In this document: positions 36,105-39,086 of the stretch, piece after piece
Layout: every line of letters starts with the position of its first letter
Position numbering within the stretch: the first letter of the stretch is position 1
Assembly: GCA_039818205.1 (NCBI GenBank)
Contig: JBCBUK010000023.1
Coordinates: 1-39,086, forward strand
Source of the DNA: Verrucomicrobiota bacterium
GTDB taxonomy: Bacteria > Verrucomicrobiota > Verrucomicrobiia > Opitutales > Cerasicoccaceae
Reading direction: 5' to 3'
Length of the DNA: 39,086 nucleotides
Notes under the pieces: model-generated
The model's input: only the letters and a program-made list of their open reading frames with translations
Told to the model about the DNA's origin: nothing
Databases searched by the model: none
Translations under genes and position numbers: made by a program

Positions 36105-37237
36105 TGAAGGGTGATGTATCGGTGTCCAAGCGTAAGGATCGCGCGAATAAGCCTTGGCGCGTTTACTACTATGAAGATGGAAAACGCCGGGCGAAGCATT
36201 TTGACACTGAGCTGAATGCGGAGACCTTTGCTGACGAGAAGCGGCTAGATCGAAAATTGGGCACGGGCGAATTGGCCATGAGCCAAGGGGATCGAATCCT
36301 ATGGGCTGGTGTTCGCGCCTCGGCTGAACGGGCAGGCATCCCTTTGCCGGAGGCTGTTGAGATCGCAAAGCGCGCAATTGAGGATCGGAGGATTCAGGAA
36401 TGCAGCAATGAGGATCTCATTTTCGATTATATCTTGTGGTGTAAAAAACGGGGTCTGCGGGAGCGCACTATTGAAGATTATGAAAAGCATCTAAAATGGT
36501 TGAATGCTCAGTTCGATGCGCCTTTTGCGGAACTGAAGGGCGCTAAGATATCGGAGAGAATTTGCAGTCGATTCGACAACCATAATTCGCGGCGTATCTA
36601 TCGCGCGTCGTTGACGCCATTCTTTAAGTGGTGCGACAAGCAAGGCAAGCTGGACGCGAATGCGATTGGTCGAATCGATTGGGATAGACCTAGGTCGGAT
36701 GGTCAAGGCGTTGGTATTTTGACTCCTGATGAAGCTGAAAAGCTGATTCATGCTGTTCCAGCGAATCATCAGGCAGCGATTGCGCTGGCGATGTTCGCAG
36801 GGATTCGGACAGCTGGTGAGCTGGTGCGCTTGAAATGGAGCCATATTCGCTTTGATGCTAGAGTCATTGATATTCCTGGCGAGGTAGCAAAGACCCGTGA
36901 GTTTCGAAGAATGCATGACTTACCTGAAAACCTTTGGCTATGGCTAAATGCAAGTGAGGATCGCTCCGGGAATGTCTTGAAATGCCATTTGGAATCTTAT
37001 CGGAAGTTTATGGAGCGAGCTCGTGAGGCTGCGGGGATTAGGGTCTGGGTTCGTGATGTGATGCGTCATTCCTTTGGTAGCTATGGTTATCATAGAGGCA
37101 TAGAATGGTGCGTAGATACAATGGGCCACGTCGGCGGCTTTCGAACCTTTCAGAAGCACTATAAGGGGGCGGCTTCAAAAGCCGACTCCATTAGGTATTT
37201 TGCAATTGAGCCAACCAAGGCCCTTGTTAATAGCTAG
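36104..37237 (+). CDS. int: Tyrosine recombinase / phage-type integrase
   Basis: Arm-binding-like N-terminus (WRVYYYEDGKRRAKHF), core-binding domain (RTIEDYE), catalytic AGIR, AKTR, DVMRHSFGSY, MGH and KHY. Start uncertain (36095, 36104 or 36122). Confidence 0.9.
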   Translation: MKGDVSVSKRKDRANKPWRVYYYEDGKRRAKHFDTELNAETFADEKRLDRKLGTGELAMSQGDRILWAGVRASAERAGIPLPEAVEIAKRAIEDRRIQECSNEDLIFDYILWCKKRGLRERTIEDYEKHLKWLNAQFDAPFAELKGAKISERICSRFDNHNSRRIYRASLTPFFKWCDKQGKLDANAIGRIDWDRPRSDGQGVGILTPDEAEKLIHAVPANHQAAIALAMFAGIRTAGELVRLKWSHIRFDARVIDIPGEVAKTREFRRMHDLPENLWLWLNASEDRSGNVLKCHLESYRKFMERAREAAGIRVWVRDVMRHSFGSYGYHRGIEWCVDTMGHVGGFRTFQKHYKGAASKADSIRYFAIEPTKALVNS

Positions 37238-37285
37238 CGAAATAGATGTTGATTTGCTATCGATTGCCATTGAAGATCATAATCT

Positions 37286-38368
37286 TTGTTAAAATGGTTT
37301 GCCATATTGTTTTTCCCGTTGTCGCTAAACGCATCCGTTGAGTGGCAAGTTTGGGTGTTCATTGGCCAGAGCCTTATGGGAGGTCCAAGCGGTGATTCGA
37401 CGACCTACACTACCTATGATGACGATGGCGATATCTTAGAGTATACAATGGGTGAACCAAACAACGGATATCAAACCGTTCAAGTAGTGAAAGCTCGGCG
37501 CGAGCGATTGAGCCCATCTCAGGTCTTCGCGAGAAGAATGGTTCAAGAGCACAATGAAAAGAACGTATGCATTATTCGTTGCTCGCCTGGTGGATTCTCA
37601 ATAACTGCATTTATTGCTGAAGAGCGACGAGAGGTAGAAAAGAAGGAAAACAACGTTGACCTATGGCCTTATTGGGTTGATCTAGCGCGCGAAAAAATTG
37701 ATTTTCTTGTTCGGAATGGGGACACTGTAAACCTTCGTGGGGTTATTATGTTTCAAGGATCAAGTGATCGAACTGCCCCATTCGCTGAGCACTACGGAAC
37801 TCATCTTAAAAGATTAAAAGAAGACACACGGGAGAGGTTTGGAATCCATGATCTCCCTTGGATGCAAATCAGATCCCCTATCGGCGGTATTAATAGTGGC
37901 TGGAGGCGTGGACCGGTCCACGATGCCCAAGAAGCTGAATCCGATAGCGATCGATACGCAAAATGGATTTCAGCTGACAGCCCTCTGGGCCTCGAAAACT
38001 ACTTTCCAGATAGGGTGCACCCAGACCCAGCAAGCGCCGAAAGAATTGGCGTATTGGCCGCTGACGCATGGGTAGAGAATTTCGATGGTAATCACTCCAT
38101 GAGTCTAGGAAGATGGGCAATTGAAGAAGGAAAGTCTTCCGAGGTTGGTGATGATTCGTTGATCAAGGATTACATTAGCGTTGATTTCGGAGTTGACGCT
38201 AATGGGTTCAGGTTGGGTCTGGTGCCGGATGATCCTCATGTTACTGTTACTGTGTTTTGGTCCAAGGACTTAAAAAACTGGATTCCTATATCTGCCAATG
38301 AAGATGGAAGTTACCCAACAATGGGGGATGTGAATTTTTACAAGTCTATTGCGAGTTACTCAAGGTGA
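37286..38368 (+). CDS. Secreted SGNH esterase, SASA/CE6-like (carbohydrate O-acetylesterase)
   Basis: Signal peptide, block I FIGQSLM, block II PGGFSI, block III MFQGSSD and block V DRVHP. Confidence 0.75.
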   Translation: MLKWFAILFFPLSLNASVEWQVWVFIGQSLMGGPSGDSTTYTTYDDDGDILEYTMGEPNNGYQTVQVVKARRERLSPSQVFARRMVQEHNEKNVCIIRCSPGGFSITAFIAEERREVEKKENNVDLWPYWVDLAREKIDFLVRNGDTVNLRGVIMFQGSSDRTAPFAEHYGTHLKRLKEDTRERFGIHDLPWMQIRSPIGGINSGWRRGPVHDAQEAESDSDRYAKWISADSPLGLENYFPDRVHPDPASAERIGVLAADAWVENFDGNHSMSLGRWAIEEGKSSEVGDDSLIKDYISVDFGVDANGFRLGLVPDDPHVTVTVFWSKDLKNWIPISANEDGSYPTMGDVNFYKSIASYSR

Positions 38369-38373
38369 CACCT

Positions 38374-38859
38374 CTACTTGCCATCGCTCGACGCCTTAAC
38401 TCCTTCGGTTATTCCATTCAGAATAAGAGACCTGGTTTCAGCGTTGAAATGGCTAAGCAGTAGCGCCAATCGTGCAAATAGTCGCGATTGCTTTCTGGTC
38501 CAAGGTGCATTGGTATTGCCTGGCTCAATTCCACTTAGCAATTCCTCTAAGAAGTAACCGATTGACCGCGTAGATTTCTCGGGTAGACCTTGGCGCTCAA
38601 TTTGACTTAGAAAATTCCTAATCGAATCGCCGAGCGTGTGTTCCCCGGAATCTGTCTCCAGGTATGCGTTTATTAGACTTGGCCGTAAGTCAGGCTCTAC
38701 TCCATGGAGTATTCTAATAAAAGAATCTCTACCGATACTACCGCCATTGTATATGCGAGATAGCGTGGAAGGGTCTATACCAATTCGGTGGGCAAAATCC
38801 GTTTGGCTAAGGCAAAGCCTTTCCTGTTCGTCCCTTAGGGATTTCACAACCGCAAGCAT
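38374..38859 (-). CDS. XRE-family HTH transcriptional regulator (repressor-like)
   Basis: LSQTDFAHRIGIDPSTLSRIYNG helix-turn-helix. ATG at 38859 preferred over the TTG at 38877. Confidence 0.78.
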   Translation of the reverse strand: MLAVVKSLRDEQERLCLSQTDFAHRIGIDPSTLSRIYNGGSIGRDSFIRILHGVEPDLRPSLINAYLETDSGEHTLGDSIRNFLSQIERQGLPEKSTRSIGYFLEELLSGIEPGNTNAPWTRKQSRLFARLALLLSHFNAETRSLILNGITEGVKASSDGK

Positions 38860-39086
38860 ACTGTCTCTAATCGGCAAAATCCCCTCAAATTAAATGGGAA
38901 TAAGTGGTTAAATTGCAGAACTTCAACGAGACATTGCCGAAATGTTGCGCTCTTATACGATTACCATGTCGGATGTTAGTTCAGAAAAATACAATCTACC
39001 TAAACCAAATCCTGAGCAGAAATCGAAGCGCAAGCAGTCTGGGCAATAGACGTAGGAAGCATTGCTTGCCCGCTGAACAAGGGCGT

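Overview
Bacterial chromosome segment whose gene content and protein style suggest a marine Verrucomicrobium, probably Opitutae/Puniceicoccales (inference, not database-checked). Left end (1-4.5 kb): edge of a likely polysaccharide-degradation locus, with a truncated secreted protein and a divergent 1140-aa modular GH16 across about 1 kb of AT-rich DNA. Middle (4.5-35.8 kb): mostly housekeeping genes, namely cruF-like, cupin, lptD, a pilin, scpA, rnr, two tandem DUF5069-like paralogs, a secreted cyclophilin, a family-B DNA polymerase, a DapF-family protein, trxA, a System II cytochrome c maturation operon, a HAD hydrolase, uppP, a BASS transporter, a GalK-like kinase with a XylR-type regulator, hemN, plsY and serA. 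Right end (35.9-39.1 kb): tRNA-Ser(CGA) followed by one end of an integrated element (tyrosine integrase, secreted SGNH esterase, XRE repressor). Most notable: (1) a candidate small RNA built from UAG/CAG triplets with its own terminator, between convergent genes at about 19.74-19.83 kb; (2) a shared C-terminal module on three unrelated secreted proteins, a possible lineage-specific sorting signal; (3) a DapF homolog with both catalytic Cys replaced by Ser; (4) a PolB with a Pol-epsilon-like DTDG motif; (5) a GalK-like kinase with rebuilt nucleotide-binding loops. All assignments come from motif recognition by eye.
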